DNA from: an uncultured bacterium
Lineage (GTDB): Bacteria > Latescibacterota > UBA2968
DNA length: 43,596 nt
Assembly: GCA_964471275.1 (NCBI GenBank)
Contig: CAYYGZ010000007.1
Location: 1-43,596 of the forward strand
Direction of reading: 5' to 3'
Below the pieces are notes generated by a model. The model searched no databases. It saw nothing but the letters and a program-made list of their open reading frames with translations, and was not told the origin of the DNA. Positions within the stretch are counted from its first letter, which is position 1. Each line of letters begins with the position of its first letter. Positions 18,816-28,110 of this stretch are shown here, in pieces. The position numbers and the translations under genes were made by a program.

Positions 18816-20114
18816 TTAGGTCTCTTTCTGCTTCTTCTCCCATTCCCGCAGGCCGAAGATGTTGCGCTCGACCTTGTAGACGATCTCGGCCGCCTTTTCC
18901 ATTTCCTTCTCGGCAGGCTCGATGAAGTTGTTGGTGCTGAATTCCAGCGATCGTTCGCACTTGTGTCGGCAGTTGGGGATCTCCATCTCCCTGTAGTCGA
19001 CCTTCACCTGCTTCAGATTGTCCATCCACATCACACGCGGCCCCTCGTAATCACGCCACTGCAAGCGCGTCCAGTCCGGAATCGGTTTGGGCACGTAGGG
19101 TGACCAGGACAGACCTTCCGCTTTCAGCGCTCTCGAAAACGTATCCCGTGAGATGCCGGCTTCCTCGTGGCAGAAATTGGCAGTCAACATGTGCCACGAC
19201 GGTGTCGAATCCTTCCCGTAATCTGGAAACTCAAGAAACTGCGAATCCGTCAGCCGTTTCCGCAGATAGCCGACATTTGCACGGCGAATGGCCAGCTCCG
19301 CGTCCAGCTTTTTGAATTGCTCGGCCATCAGAACGGCCATAACGGTGCTGATCCGATAGGTATACAGCAGCGAATCTACAAAGGGACGAAACTTCTCCGG
19401 AAAATCGGGCTCCGAGGATCTCCCCATGTGCTGGGTCGACAGACAGGCGCGCCACCGGGTATCCTTGTCATCAGTCACCAGGTATCCTGCTTCACCGGTC
19501 GCCAGAATCTTGCCACCCATACAAGAGAATCCGGCGACATCACCCCAGTTACCGACTATCTTGTCACGCCAGAGTGCCCCGTGCGCCTGGCTGCCGTCTT
19601 CGATGACGGCGAGACCGTGTTTCTCCGCGACCTGGCAGATCGCGGACATGTCCGCTGGTTGCCCATACAGGTGGACAACCAGAATTGCTCTTGTGCGACC
19701 CGAGATTCGGGATTCGATGCTGGCGGGATCCAGAAGCCCGGTCAGGGGATCAACATCGGCAAAGACAGGGATCGCGTTCTGGTGGAGAATGCAGGAAATC
19801 GATGCGCCCCACGAGTAAGGTGTTGTGATGACCTCGTCACCGGGACCCACATCGACACCCATCAACGCCATATGGAGCGCGGCGTGGCCGGAGCCGACAG
19901 CCAGAGCGTGGCGTCCGTCGTGGTAGTCCGAGACGGCGTCTTCAGCCGCGCGGATCGCCGGATGCTGATTGCTAAGACCGACCATCTGGCCTTCCTCGAG
20001 GACCTTGACCGCACGATCTATCGCATCTTGGGTGAAAGCAGGGAATTTCGGGACCGCCGGGGGGCCAACAGGGTCTCCTCCGAGCAAAGCTAGACTTCCG
20101 GACATATTTGCCAT
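18816..20114 (-). CDS. DegT/DnrJ/EryC1/StrS family PLP aminotransferase (divergent)
   Basis: GSGHAALH, GPGDEVITTP, IEDGSQAHGA, FSCMGGKILATGEAG. ATG 20114 behind AAAGGAG. Confidence 0.9.
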   Translation of the reverse strand: MANMSGSLALLGGDPVGPPAVPKFPAFTQDAIDRAVKVLEEGQMVGLSNQHPAIRAAEDAVSDYHDGRHALAVGSGHAALHMALMGVDVGPGDEVITTPYSWGASISCILHQNAIPVFADVDPLTGLLDPASIESRISGRTRAILVVHLYGQPADMSAICQVAEKHGLAVIEDGSQAHGALWRDKIVGNWGDVAGFSCMGGKILATGEAGYLVTDDKDTRWRACLSTQHMGRSSEPDFPEKFRPFVDSLLYTYRISTVMAVLMAEQFKKLDAELAIRRANVGYLRKRLTDSQFLEFPDYGKDSTPSWHMLTANFCHEEAGISRDTFSRALKAEGLSWSPYVPKPIPDWTRLQWRDYEGPRVMWMDNLKQVKVDYREMEIPNCRHKCERSLEFSTNNFIEPAEKEMEKAAEIVYKVERNIFGLREWEKKQKET

Positions 20115-20181
20115 CGTGCTCTCCTTTAGTGCAAACACTAGTTGCTACCTGATAGATAAGATAGCGCGAAGAAACGGTGCT

Positions 20182-20313
20182 AAGGAAATTCGACTGCTGC
20201 GCGGTGAAATGAGCAAAGGGAGTGGCTATATTCTGGTACCGGCAAAGCCTCTTCGTCCGGAGACACCGACGGAGAATGCCGTAGCCCTCGTGGAAGAATT
20301 CCTCGACAGCTGA
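20182..20313 (+). pseudogene. C-terminal remnant of a URO-D family gene
   Basis: KEIRLLRGEMSKGSGYILVPAKPLRPETPTENAVALVEEF* matches the URO-D tail pattern GGGYIL.P...PETP.EN. Confidence 0.7.
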
Positions 20314-20394
20314 GGGTATCGTAGCCACACTACAGTAGGGTGTCCGTGGCCCGAATGAGTCATCGCTGGTAGATAGAGGGGGAATGAGATAAGT

Positions 20395-21612
20395 ATGAAT
20401 TCTCGTGAACGTGTCCGCAAGATTCTGAATTTCGAAGAGGCCGATCGACCGGCCATCGACCTGGGCGCCACCCGGATGACGGGGACGGTTGCCTGGACGT
20501 ATCAGTCGCTGAAAGACACGTTAGGCATAGACGATGGCGACGTTCGCGTCTTTGACCTGTTCCAAATGCTGGCAGAAGTCGAGGTGTCCGTGCTGGATGC
20601 GCTCGGCTGTGATTTCGCCATGGTCCCGTCCGACCAGATGCAGTATGGCCTCGTCCGCAACGGCTGGAAGGACTTCGAATTCTGGAGCGGTCAAACGTTC
20701 CAGGTCCCATCGGGATTCAAACCACAGGTAACAGACGACGGAAGTCTACTCGTGGGTGACGGTCCCGAGTGGACAGAACCGGTTGCCCGCATGCCGGATG
20801 GAGGTCGCTATTTCGATGCCATCAACGTTGCCAACCTCACCGAGACCTTCGAAATACCGCATCTGGATGAGAAGGATTGGAACATCCCGGGCCCCATCGA
20901 GGAAGACTACCTGGAACAGGAACTCACGAAGGTAAGGGCGCTCTATGCTTCCACAGAACGAGCGCTTGTTGTGACACCTCCTTTCAGTCTCCCCAGTGGG
21001 TATGGCGGCCTGTATCAGTGGGGTATGAAGATGGCGGTCGACCCGGACCACTGTCGCGAATACATGCAGGCTCAATGCGAAGCCTTCGCAAAACGGGCAC
21101 GCCAATATCTGGATGTCGTGGGAGAATACATCGACGTCGTCGTGCTCAGCGGGGCCGACTATGGAACGCAGGATCGGGAGGTCTTCAGACCCGCTCTGTT
21201 CGGTGATATTATGGCGCCCGCGTGGAAAATCGTATGCGACGCCGTCCACGAGTATGAGAACGTGAAAGTCTGGATCCACAGCTGTGGATCGATTCCTGAC
21301 CTGATCGGCTTCATCGCCGACGCCGGAATCGACTGCCTCAACCCGGTTCAGTGGGGAGCTCGCGGAATGGATCGGCATTGGATGAAAGAAAAGTTCGGCG
21401 ACCGGCTCGTATTCTGGGGTGGCGGAATCAACACCCAGAACACGTTCCCCTTCGGCACGGCAGAAGAGGTTCGACGCGAGGCAGCGGAATGTCTGAACAT
21501 CTACGCACCCGGAGGGGGTTACGTCGTCAACACCATCCACAACATCCAGGCAGATGTACCGGTGAAGAACATCCTGGCGCTGTTTGAAACAGCACGCAAC
21601 TATCGCTACTAG
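20395..21612 (+). CDS. Uroporphyrinogen decarboxylase/MtaA-like methyltransferase family protein
   Basis: MNSRERV..EEADRPAIDLG, DYGTQD, IHSCGS, DCLNPVQ, FWGGGINTQ, GGGYVVNTIHNIQ. Confidence 0.9.
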   Translation: MNSRERVRKILNFEEADRPAIDLGATRMTGTVAWTYQSLKDTLGIDDGDVRVFDLFQMLAEVEVSVLDALGCDFAMVPSDQMQYGLVRNGWKDFEFWSGQTFQVPSGFKPQVTDDGSLLVGDGPEWTEPVARMPDGGRYFDAINVANLTETFEIPHLDEKDWNIPGPIEEDYLEQELTKVRALYASTERALVVTPPFSLPSGYGGLYQWGMKMAVDPDHCREYMQAQCEAFAKRARQYLDVVGEYIDVVVLSGADYGTQDREVFRPALFGDIMAPAWKIVCDAVHEYENVKVWIHSCGSIPDLIGFIADAGIDCLNPVQWGARGMDRHWMKEKFGDRLVFWGGGINTQNTFPFGTAEEVRREAAECLNIYAPGGGYVVNTIHNIQADVPVKNILALFETARNYRY

Positions 21613-21839
21613 TCGTGTGTCCCGATAATTCCTGTACTACGCTCTCAAATGTACACCGGTTATCCTGAGTGCCCATCGCTGCAGTTTCACGCGGCGGTGG
21701 TTGTATCGAAGGACGGTCGTAGGTCAATCAGAGTAAGGACACGAACTTCTGGAACGCGATTCTAGCCGGAAACATTCTTGGACTATTGCCGCACATGGAT
21801 TCTCTATGAGGTCACTCAGGAGGATCGGTGACACGGCAC

Positions 21840-22802
21840 TCAGAACTTGAAATAGAGCGTAACGCTTGGGATTACAATCGATTCCAATGTTGAGGCTTCG
21901 AAGGATTCGAGACTCACATTGGGCATGACATGGATTTCTTTCGTTACCGCGAGATCCACGCCGGCATAGCCCCGGATAATCGAATCATCCGATGCCAGGT
22001 CACTCGGGTCAAAGTAGTCGAAGCGGCCGTAGAGACCGAAGTCTTCCCGCGTCTTCACTCTCCCGGACACAGAGAATCCCTTGGCCACGGCGTCCACTCC
22101 GCCTACCGCGTTCTTTCGCTTCTGCCAGGCTCCCAGCAGACCAAATGCCCGGTCCTTCGCGCTGAGGTAAAGCAGACTCGACAGCGTCAACTGATCCTGA
22201 TCGCCAGGACGGGTTTCGTAGTCGGCGTAGGCCGTCGTGCCTACATTCTCCGATAGATCGAATTTGAGACGAAGGTAGGCCTTCTTGTGCGTGTCTATCT
22301 CCGACTTGTTGCTGTTCCCGTTCCCGAACATAACGAGCGCGCTCACACGTCCTTCGCTGTCGAGACGGGTATCGAATGACAGACCGGTGTCTCGTGAAGC
22401 GCCGAGCTTGTTTCGATCCATGAACGTCTTGGCAACCGGTCGATACCCCCACACGGCCTCTGTAATGCCCCAGGTTGGTGTGGGAATCAGGCCGACCATC
22501 AGCGTCTTGCCTTCCTTCTTGTAACTCAGCCACGCATCCTTCACAACCGGCGTCATCTTCGAATTGGCACCGAATCCAGCGTCACTGGCTTCCAGCCGGA
22601 ACCGACCTGAGAATGCATTTTCCCACTTCTTGTTGAACGTCAGATAGATCCGGCCGAAACGAAAGCTGTTCTCCTCCTTGTCCGGCCCGCTGGCGACGCA
22701 GTAGTAGTCGCCGAACATATAGCCCTTGATCGTGGGGGCAGCAGCGGAGACTGTATACGGAACGGAAAGTGCAGCCAGAAGAGCCAACAGCCTGAACCTC
22801 AT
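21840..22802 (-). CDS. Outer-membrane porin-like beta-barrel (OprO/OprP-like)
   Basis: Signal peptide, FRFGRIYLTF, VKDAW, SRDTG, NGN, amphipathic strands and a terminal Phe (LYFKF). Confidence 0.75.
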   Translation of the reverse strand: MRFRLLALLAALSVPYTVSAAAPTIKGYMFGDYYCVASGPDKEENSFRFGRIYLTFNKKWENAFSGRFRLEASDAGFGANSKMTPVVKDAWLSYKKEGKTLMVGLIPTPTWGITEAVWGYRPVAKTFMDRNKLGASRDTGLSFDTRLDSEGRVSALVMFGNGNSNKSEIDTHKKAYLRLKFDLSENVGTTAYADYETRPGDQDQLTLSSLLYLSAKDRAFGLLGAWQKRKNAVGGVDAVAKGFSVSGRVKTREDFGLYGRFDYFDPSDLASDDSIIRGYAGVDLAVTKEIHVMPNVSLESFEASTLESIVIPSVTLYFKF

Positions 22803-22917
22803 TTTCTTTCACTCCACGGTTGTGTTGCTGTTTCGGTAGTCGGGTGAGTCACTTGGTGACGCAGATCCAGACGCGATGGCAGTCCTGCATAGTCGAAGTC
22901 GGCCACGCGCACAATCG

Positions 22918-22946
22918 ACCCTATATATAATGGTCAATCACGTCAA
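22918..22946 (-). promoter_or_regulatory. Candidate sigma70 promoter of the porin gene
   Basis: TTGACG-N17-TAGGGT in an AT-rich patch. ATTGAC occurs twice with a 9-bp period. Confidence 0.45.
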
Positions 22947-22990
22947 TAATTCCTTCGAGGCACACGGTTCGTGCTCCTCGCAAATACTGC

Positions 22991-23210
22991 TCACGCGCTC
23001 CCCAGATTTCGGGCAAGGGCAGCCATCTCAGCACGCAGTTCATCGTGGGCATCCGCATAACCCAGTGCAGCACCCATCAGAGGCACCTGCTCCTGAGCAT
23101 AGCCACTTTTCGCAGCCGTTTCACCGTCTGTAGCGTACCCCATCGCGTCGTTTGCCAAACCCGTTACAAGTGTAACGGGATGCGCTGACTCGGCAACGAT
23201 GTCGTTCTTG
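22991..23210 (-). pseudogene. C-terminal remnant of a ceramidase-like amidohydrolase
   Basis: DIVAESAHPVTLVTGLANDAMGYA..GY matches the C-terminal pattern of the intact paralog family at 15025-16368. Confidence 0.6.
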
Positions 23211-23347
23211 TGGCTTCTCCGAATCAGATTCGACGCTTGCATCGAACCCTTGCCCCTCATCATGTATCCATTATCCTAGAACCCTGAGACAGATTGATTG
23301 GATCGAGACCTGACCTTACCCCATCGGCAGTCAGACAAAGGCCAAAA

Positions 23348-24670
23348 ATGAAACAGCTGGCAGACAAGCACTTCGTTCTACCGAAATCTGATCTGATCGA
23401 GCAGGTGCAGGAAACACGGTCCCGTACTCTGTCCCTGGTGGCCGACTTGAATGACGATCAGCTGAATGTCCCCATCATGGAAATCGTCAACCCGTTTCGC
23501 TGGGAACTCGGACACGTCGCATTCTTCTACGACGCGTTTCTCTGCCAGACGCTTGATGGTGTTCCGCCCTTGATGGACGGTGGGAACGACTTCTTCAACT
23601 CCTTCGAAGTTGATCACGACGACCGATGGAGCCTCGATCTCCCGGATCGCGAAGGAATCCTGGACTACATGTCAAAGGTCTTCGAGCAGACTGTGGAGAG
23701 ACTCGGCTCGCACGATCCGTCCGCCGAAGAGACCTATCTCTACCAGTTGGCGGTCTTGCACGAAGATATGCACGCGGAGGCCTTCACCTACATGCGCCAA
23801 ACGCTGAGATACGCAAAACCGCTTGCGCAGCCGAAGGCCTCACCGGCCGGGGATCTTCCGGGCGATGTCGCGGTCCCAGGTGGGATGTTTCAGTTGGGTG
23901 CCAGGCCGGAGGACCCGTTTGTATTCGACAACGAGAAATGGTCTCACCCTGTCGAAATCGCCCCCTTCAAGATCGCACGGGCGCCCGTCACCAATTCACA
24001 GTTTGCGGAATTCGTTGAAGACAGGGGGTATCTGAGGAAAGAACTCTGGAGTACCCAGGGATGGATCTGGCGAACCAAGAAAGGCGCCGAATCGCCCCTA
24101 TACTGGTCGAGAGGTCAGGGCGGCTGGTTACGACAGGACTTCGACACCTTCGTTGAGCTTGAACCGCACCACCCGATCTCTCACATCACGTGGTATGAGG
24201 CGGAAGCCTTCTGTGCCTGGGCGGATCGTAGACTCCCGACGGAGGCCGAGTGGGATCTGGCAGCTTCCGGCGTGTCCGTAGATGACGGAAATGGAATCTC
24301 TGAGGAAAAGCGGAACTATCCCTGGGGGGATACGACAAACGACGGCAGTCTGGCCAACCTCGATTCAGCACACACGGGATGTGTCGATGTTGGGGCGTTC
24401 CCTGAGGGCGAAAGCTCTTTGGGATGTCGACAGATGCTCGGCAACGTCTGGGAGTGGACGGCAGATCCCTTCTATTCGTTACCCGGGTTCGTCATCGACT
24501 TCCCGTACAAGGAGTATTCGGCGCCGTGGTTTGGATATCGCAAGGTACTCAAGGGAGGTGCCTGGGCGACTCGCACGAGATTGGCCACAAACAAGTACCG
24601 GAACTTCTTCCAGCCCTACCGGAATGACGTTATCGCGGGATTCAGAACGTGCCCGAACACGTGCCTGTAG
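23348..24670 (+). CDS. SenA/EgtB-family non-heme iron sulfoxide/selenoxide synthase (DinB + FGE-like domain)
   Basis: NPFRWELGHVAFF, LHEDMHAEAFTYMRQTL (metal His triad), FVFDNEKWSH, RLPTEAEW, GNVWEWT, PYKEYSAPWFG, YRNFF, GFRTC. The motifs look closer to SenA than to type I EgtB. Confidence 0.85.
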   Translation: MKQLADKHFVLPKSDLIEQVQETRSRTLSLVADLNDDQLNVPIMEIVNPFRWELGHVAFFYDAFLCQTLDGVPPLMDGGNDFFNSFEVDHDDRWSLDLPDREGILDYMSKVFEQTVERLGSHDPSAEETYLYQLAVLHEDMHAEAFTYMRQTLRYAKPLAQPKASPAGDLPGDVAVPGGMFQLGARPEDPFVFDNEKWSHPVEIAPFKIARAPVTNSQFAEFVEDRGYLRKELWSTQGWIWRTKKGAESPLYWSRGQGGWLRQDFDTFVELEPHHPISHITWYEAEAFCAWADRRLPTEAEWDLAASGVSVDDGNGISEEKRNYPWGDTTNDGSLANLDSAHTGCVDVGAFPEGESSLGCRQMLGNVWEWTADPFYSLPGFVIDFPYKEYSAPWFGYRKVLKGGAWATRTRLATNKYRNFFQPYRNDVIAGFRTCPNTCL

Positions 24671-24943
24671 CATAGCGAATCCGAGGATAAAGAAAAGGAC
24701 CCCGCCCACGATCCGCAGACTGTCGGTTGTGATCGAGAAAAACTCGAAGATGGCCTCATCCGTGAACGCAAACATGACCAGGGCCAGAAAGGCGGTAAGC
24801 GTCGCCTTCACCGCCACACCGCGTGCGAAGGCGGAGGGAATGCCCTCGGTCATCGCGATATAGATAGGAATCACCCCGATCGGATTGATCATCGTGAATA
24901 GGGATGTGGCGCTGAACAGGAAGAACTCGACGAAATCTGTCAC
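24479..24943 (-). pseudogene. MarC family membrane protein, 3'-truncated
   Basis: GTG 24943: SLFTMINPIGVIPIYIAMT..IFEFFSITTDSLRIVGGVLFFILGFAML. Homology stops near 24650, and the rest of the ORF is antisense to the senA-like gene. Confidence 0.8.
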
Positions 24944-25099
24944 AAACAACTCTTCGGGGGCAAGACGGAAAAGCGTTTCAAGTTCCAAGAGGGAAGAAAC
25001 GACGTTCCAAAGAACCGGTTCTCGATCCTCGCCTCACCTGGAACCTGAAACACCACTTGCTCTTTTGGAACGTCTTCAGATGATTCGTATTCTGATACC

Positions 25100-25927
25100 A
25101 TGCCTGAAGGACCTGAAATCAAGCAGGAAGCCGATCGGTTAGGCAAGGTGCTTTGTGGATCGAAGCTGGTGTCGATCACAATCGCCTTCGAACACCTGAA
25201 GCACTACGAGGCGGACTTCCTGGGCAGGACCGTGAGCAATGTCGAATCGCGCGGCAAGGCGCTCCTGACGCATATCGACACGGGCGACACCATTTACTCA
25301 CACAACCAGCTGTACGGAAAATGGTTCCTCACGAAACCCGGAGAACCGCCGGAGACGGGACGATCCCTTCGCTTGGCGCTCAGAACATCCTCTGCCGATG
25401 CCCTGCTGTACAGTGCTTCGGAAATCGATGTGTGGAAGACGTCTGACGTCTACACACATCCCTACATCTCAAGGCTCGGCCCAGAGGTCCTGAAAAGCGG
25501 ACTGCGCCTGTCAGCAGTCACGAAGCAACTCCACAACCGGTCTTTCACCGGTCGGCAGCTCGGTGCTCTTCTCCTCGATCAGTCTTTCATCGCCGGGATC
25601 GGTAACTACCTTCGATCGGATATCCTCAACAAGGTAGGACTCCACCCGTCGCTTAGGCCGTCCGACCTGACGGAGACACAGAAGACTGATCTGGCCAAAG
25701 CCCTCCGCGATGTCACACGACAGTCGTATCGTACGAAGGGCATCACCAACGACCTGAAACGAGTGCGGCGCCTGAAAGCAAGTGGGGTTGAGAGAGACGA
25801 CTACCGTCACCTCGCGTTCAGACGAGACGGCGAAGACTGCTACACCTGCGGCGCCCCCATCGAGCGGATCGAGTTCTCGAGCCGTCGACTCTACCTGTGC
25901 CCGACGTGCCAGCCTCCCCCGACCTGA
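25100..25927 (+). CDS. nei: Endonuclease VIII (Fpg/Nei DNA glycosylase)
   Basis: N-terminal PEGPE, RGKALL, SHNQLYGKW, H2TH motif AGIGNYLRSDIL, zinc finger CYTC..CPTC. Confidence 0.93.
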   Translation: MPEGPEIKQEADRLGKVLCGSKLVSITIAFEHLKHYEADFLGRTVSNVESRGKALLTHIDTGDTIYSHNQLYGKWFLTKPGEPPETGRSLRLALRTSSADALLYSASEIDVWKTSDVYTHPYISRLGPEVLKSGLRLSAVTKQLHNRSFTGRQLGALLLDQSFIAGIGNYLRSDILNKVGLHPSLRPSDLTETQKTDLAKALRDVTRQSYRTKGITNDLKRVRRLKASGVERDDYRHLAFRRDGEDCYTCGAPIERIEFSSRRLYLCPTCQPPPT

Positions 25928-25948
25928 CCTCGCCTCCGGCGTCCCGAC

Positions 25949-26050
25949 TCACCGGGTCCGCAAGGAATCGACCGGGTCCGTTCTGGCTACTCGGTATGCC
26001 AGGTAAGCAACTGTCAGGACGGCGATCACGAGTGCACCGAAGGAGAAATC
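25949..26050 (-). pseudogene. Extreme C-terminal remnant of a MacB/FtsX-type ABC permease
   Basis: Not in the ORF track. Reads FGALVIAVLTVAYLAYRVARTDPVDSLRTR*, the characteristic permease tail, with an in-frame stop just upstream. Confidence 0.65.
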
Positions 26051-26090
26051 CCTCGTCTAGACAGTCCAGTGCCACAATGGTGTTGATACA

Positions 26091-26564
26091 TTGAGCGAGT
26101 GTGTAGGGTTGATTTGGGATCGCTGCTTTCTCAACGCATTGTTGATGACACAGTCACGAATGTGGATGCGAACGCAGGTTGACACACAATACGAATCCAT
26201 CTCTACTGATGGTGGGACCAGCTGGTGTGAGGCAAATCCGGGACCGCTCATATCACCGGAGTCACCCGTTGCTGTTGCCCGACACGAAGCCTCGGGATTG
26301 CTGGCTGTCGTCTGGAATCACAATCTCAAGACAAATCACACGGCCAATCGTACTCCCATCTGCGTCGCTTTCTCTATCGACGAAGGCGAGTCGTGGTTCG
26401 GCGAGCAGCGGCTCGATCCCAATCCGGATTTGGATAACGAAGAATGCTCGTTCTCATATCCGAGCATCGATTTCCTGAGAGATCACGGGTTCATCACATA
26501 CTATGAGAACCGAGACCGTCGAATTTCTCTCGTGCTCAGACGATCTGACCTGCAGGTCACGTGA
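26091..26564 (+). pseudogene. C-terminal fragment of a BNR/sialidase-like protein
   Basis: MRTQ, STDGGTSW, VWNH, RTP, SIDEGESW, FSYPS. The N-terminal blades are missing. Confidence 0.7.
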
Positions 26565-26600
26565 GCGCTCGCCCGTGCCTCGACTGCGAAAGGCCCACAG

Positions 26601-27950
26601 ATGGACAAACGCCCCCAGACACCCAACATCATCCTGATATTCTGTGACGACCTCGGATATGGCGACCTAAGCTGCTATGGATCCGATCGAAACCGCACAC
26701 CTCGGCTGGATCGTATGGCGGATGAAGGGCTCCGATTCACGGATCTCTATGTCCCCGCGCCGCTCTGCACGCCCTCGCGAGCCGGATTGATGACAGGGTG
26801 TTACCCCAAGCGTGTCGGTCTCGACTACGGATACAGAGATGGCACGCTATTTCCTGGCGACCCGCTCGGTCTGAATCCGGACGAAATCACGCTTCCGCGC
26901 ATACTCAAAGATCGCGGATATGCAACCAAGATGGTGGGTAAATGGCACCTGGGCGACCAACCCGAGTTCCTGCCTGAGCAGTTTGGATTCGACAGCTACT
27001 TCGGCATCCCCTTCAGCAACGACATGCTTCCCGACCATCCGAAGCAGGACGAGTTTCAGTTCCCGCCGCTTCCGCTCCTGCGTGGCGACAGGGTCGTCGA
27101 AACGGACCCGAACCAGGCATCGCTGACGGATAAATACTTGACCGAATGCGTCAACTTCATCCACGACAACAAGGATGGACCGTTCTTCCTCTACTTTGCG
27201 CACATGTATGTCCACGTGCCGATCTATGCGCCGCTCACATTTCTGTCGAAATCGCAGAACGGACCCTATGGCGCCGCCGTCGAGCACATCGACCACACAA
27301 CCGGTGTGATTCTCGATACACTCTCCGAGTTAGGTATCGACGACAACACGCTCGTTATCTTCACATCCGACAATGGATCGGGCGCGAGAAATGGGGGAAG
27401 CAACGGGCAGCTGAGGGGAAGCAAGGGATCGACCTGGGAGGGCGGCATGCGGGAGCCCTGCATCGTACACTGGCCCGGCCAGGTTCCCGGCGACGCTGTC
27501 TGCCGTGAACTGGTCACCACAATGGACTTCCTGCCAACGCTTGCAGGGATCGCAGGAGCTGATGTTCCTCAAGATTGCACGCGCGATGGTCACGACATCT
27601 GGAACTTGATGACCGATAGGCCAGAAGCGACTACCCCTTACGACGCGTTCTACTACTACCGTCGGAACAACCTGAACGCGGTCCGTTCTGGAAACTGGAA
27701 GCTGCATTTCGATGAGGATCTGCTCTTCGACTTGGATGCGGATGTAGGTGAGACAAGCGACTGCTATCAGGATCATCCCGACATCGTAAAACAGCTAACC
27801 GAACTGGCGGATCGCTGCAGAGAGGATCTTGGCGACGAGCGGCTCAATGTCGAGGGCAAGAACTGTCGCCCTGTAGGTCGCGTTGAGAACCCGAAACCTC
27901 TCACATCGATGGACTGGACGCATCCCTACATGGTCGCCGCCTACGACTGA
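26601..27950 (+). CDS. Arylsulfatase-A-like sulfatase (Cys-type, S1)
   Basis: PNIILIFCDDLGYGD, CTPSRAGLMTG, GKWHLG, HVP, FTSDNG, KGSTWEGGMR. Confidence 0.95.
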   Translation: MDKRPQTPNIILIFCDDLGYGDLSCYGSDRNRTPRLDRMADEGLRFTDLYVPAPLCTPSRAGLMTGCYPKRVGLDYGYRDGTLFPGDPLGLNPDEITLPRILKDRGYATKMVGKWHLGDQPEFLPEQFGFDSYFGIPFSNDMLPDHPKQDEFQFPPLPLLRGDRVVETDPNQASLTDKYLTECVNFIHDNKDGPFFLYFAHMYVHVPIYAPLTFLSKSQNGPYGAAVEHIDHTTGVILDTLSELGIDDNTLVIFTSDNGSGARNGGSNGQLRGSKGSTWEGGMREPCIVHWPGQVPGDAVCRELVTTMDFLPTLAGIAGADVPQDCTRDGHDIWNLMTDRPEATTPYDAFYYYRRNNLNAVRSGNWKLHFDEDLLFDLDADVGETSDCYQDHPDIVKQLTELADRCREDLGDERLNVEGKNCRPVGRVENPKPLTSMDWTHPYMVAAYD

Positions 27951-28110
27951 CCGTCTTCTGCTCAGGGCCTCGGGCGGAGCGACACGTCGTTGGCCAAGAG
28001 TTCGGGGTCCCCGGGCTTTGTGTGTTGATGGATGGGTTAGGGCCCCGCAGGGCGATCGTCCTGCACGAGTAAACAGCATGATCCAAACCCTTTCGTGGTA
28101 AGGTTCATCG

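Noticed and set aside
6730..20093. Long plus-strand ORFs (6730-7788, 8012-8764, 13092-14147, 16344-17060, 19167-20093)
   Set aside because: They are antisense shadows of well-supported minus-strand genes in GC-rich DNA and have no motifs.
21613..21839. Possible decayed plus-strand ORF (..PETFLDYCRTWILYEVTQEDR*)
   Set aside because: It looks protein-like but has an internal stop and no identifiable family.
23348..24670. Formylglycine-generating enzyme maturing the nearby sulfatases
   Set aside because: It has an N-terminal DinB-like His-triad domain and lacks the FGE catalytic Cys pair near the C-terminal GG motif, so it fits the EgtB/SenA family.
25951..25980. Direct repeat ACCGGGTCCG (two copies) as a CRISPR or att site
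   Set aside because: Only two 10-bp copies, lying inside the ABC-permease remnant, with no cas or integrase gene.
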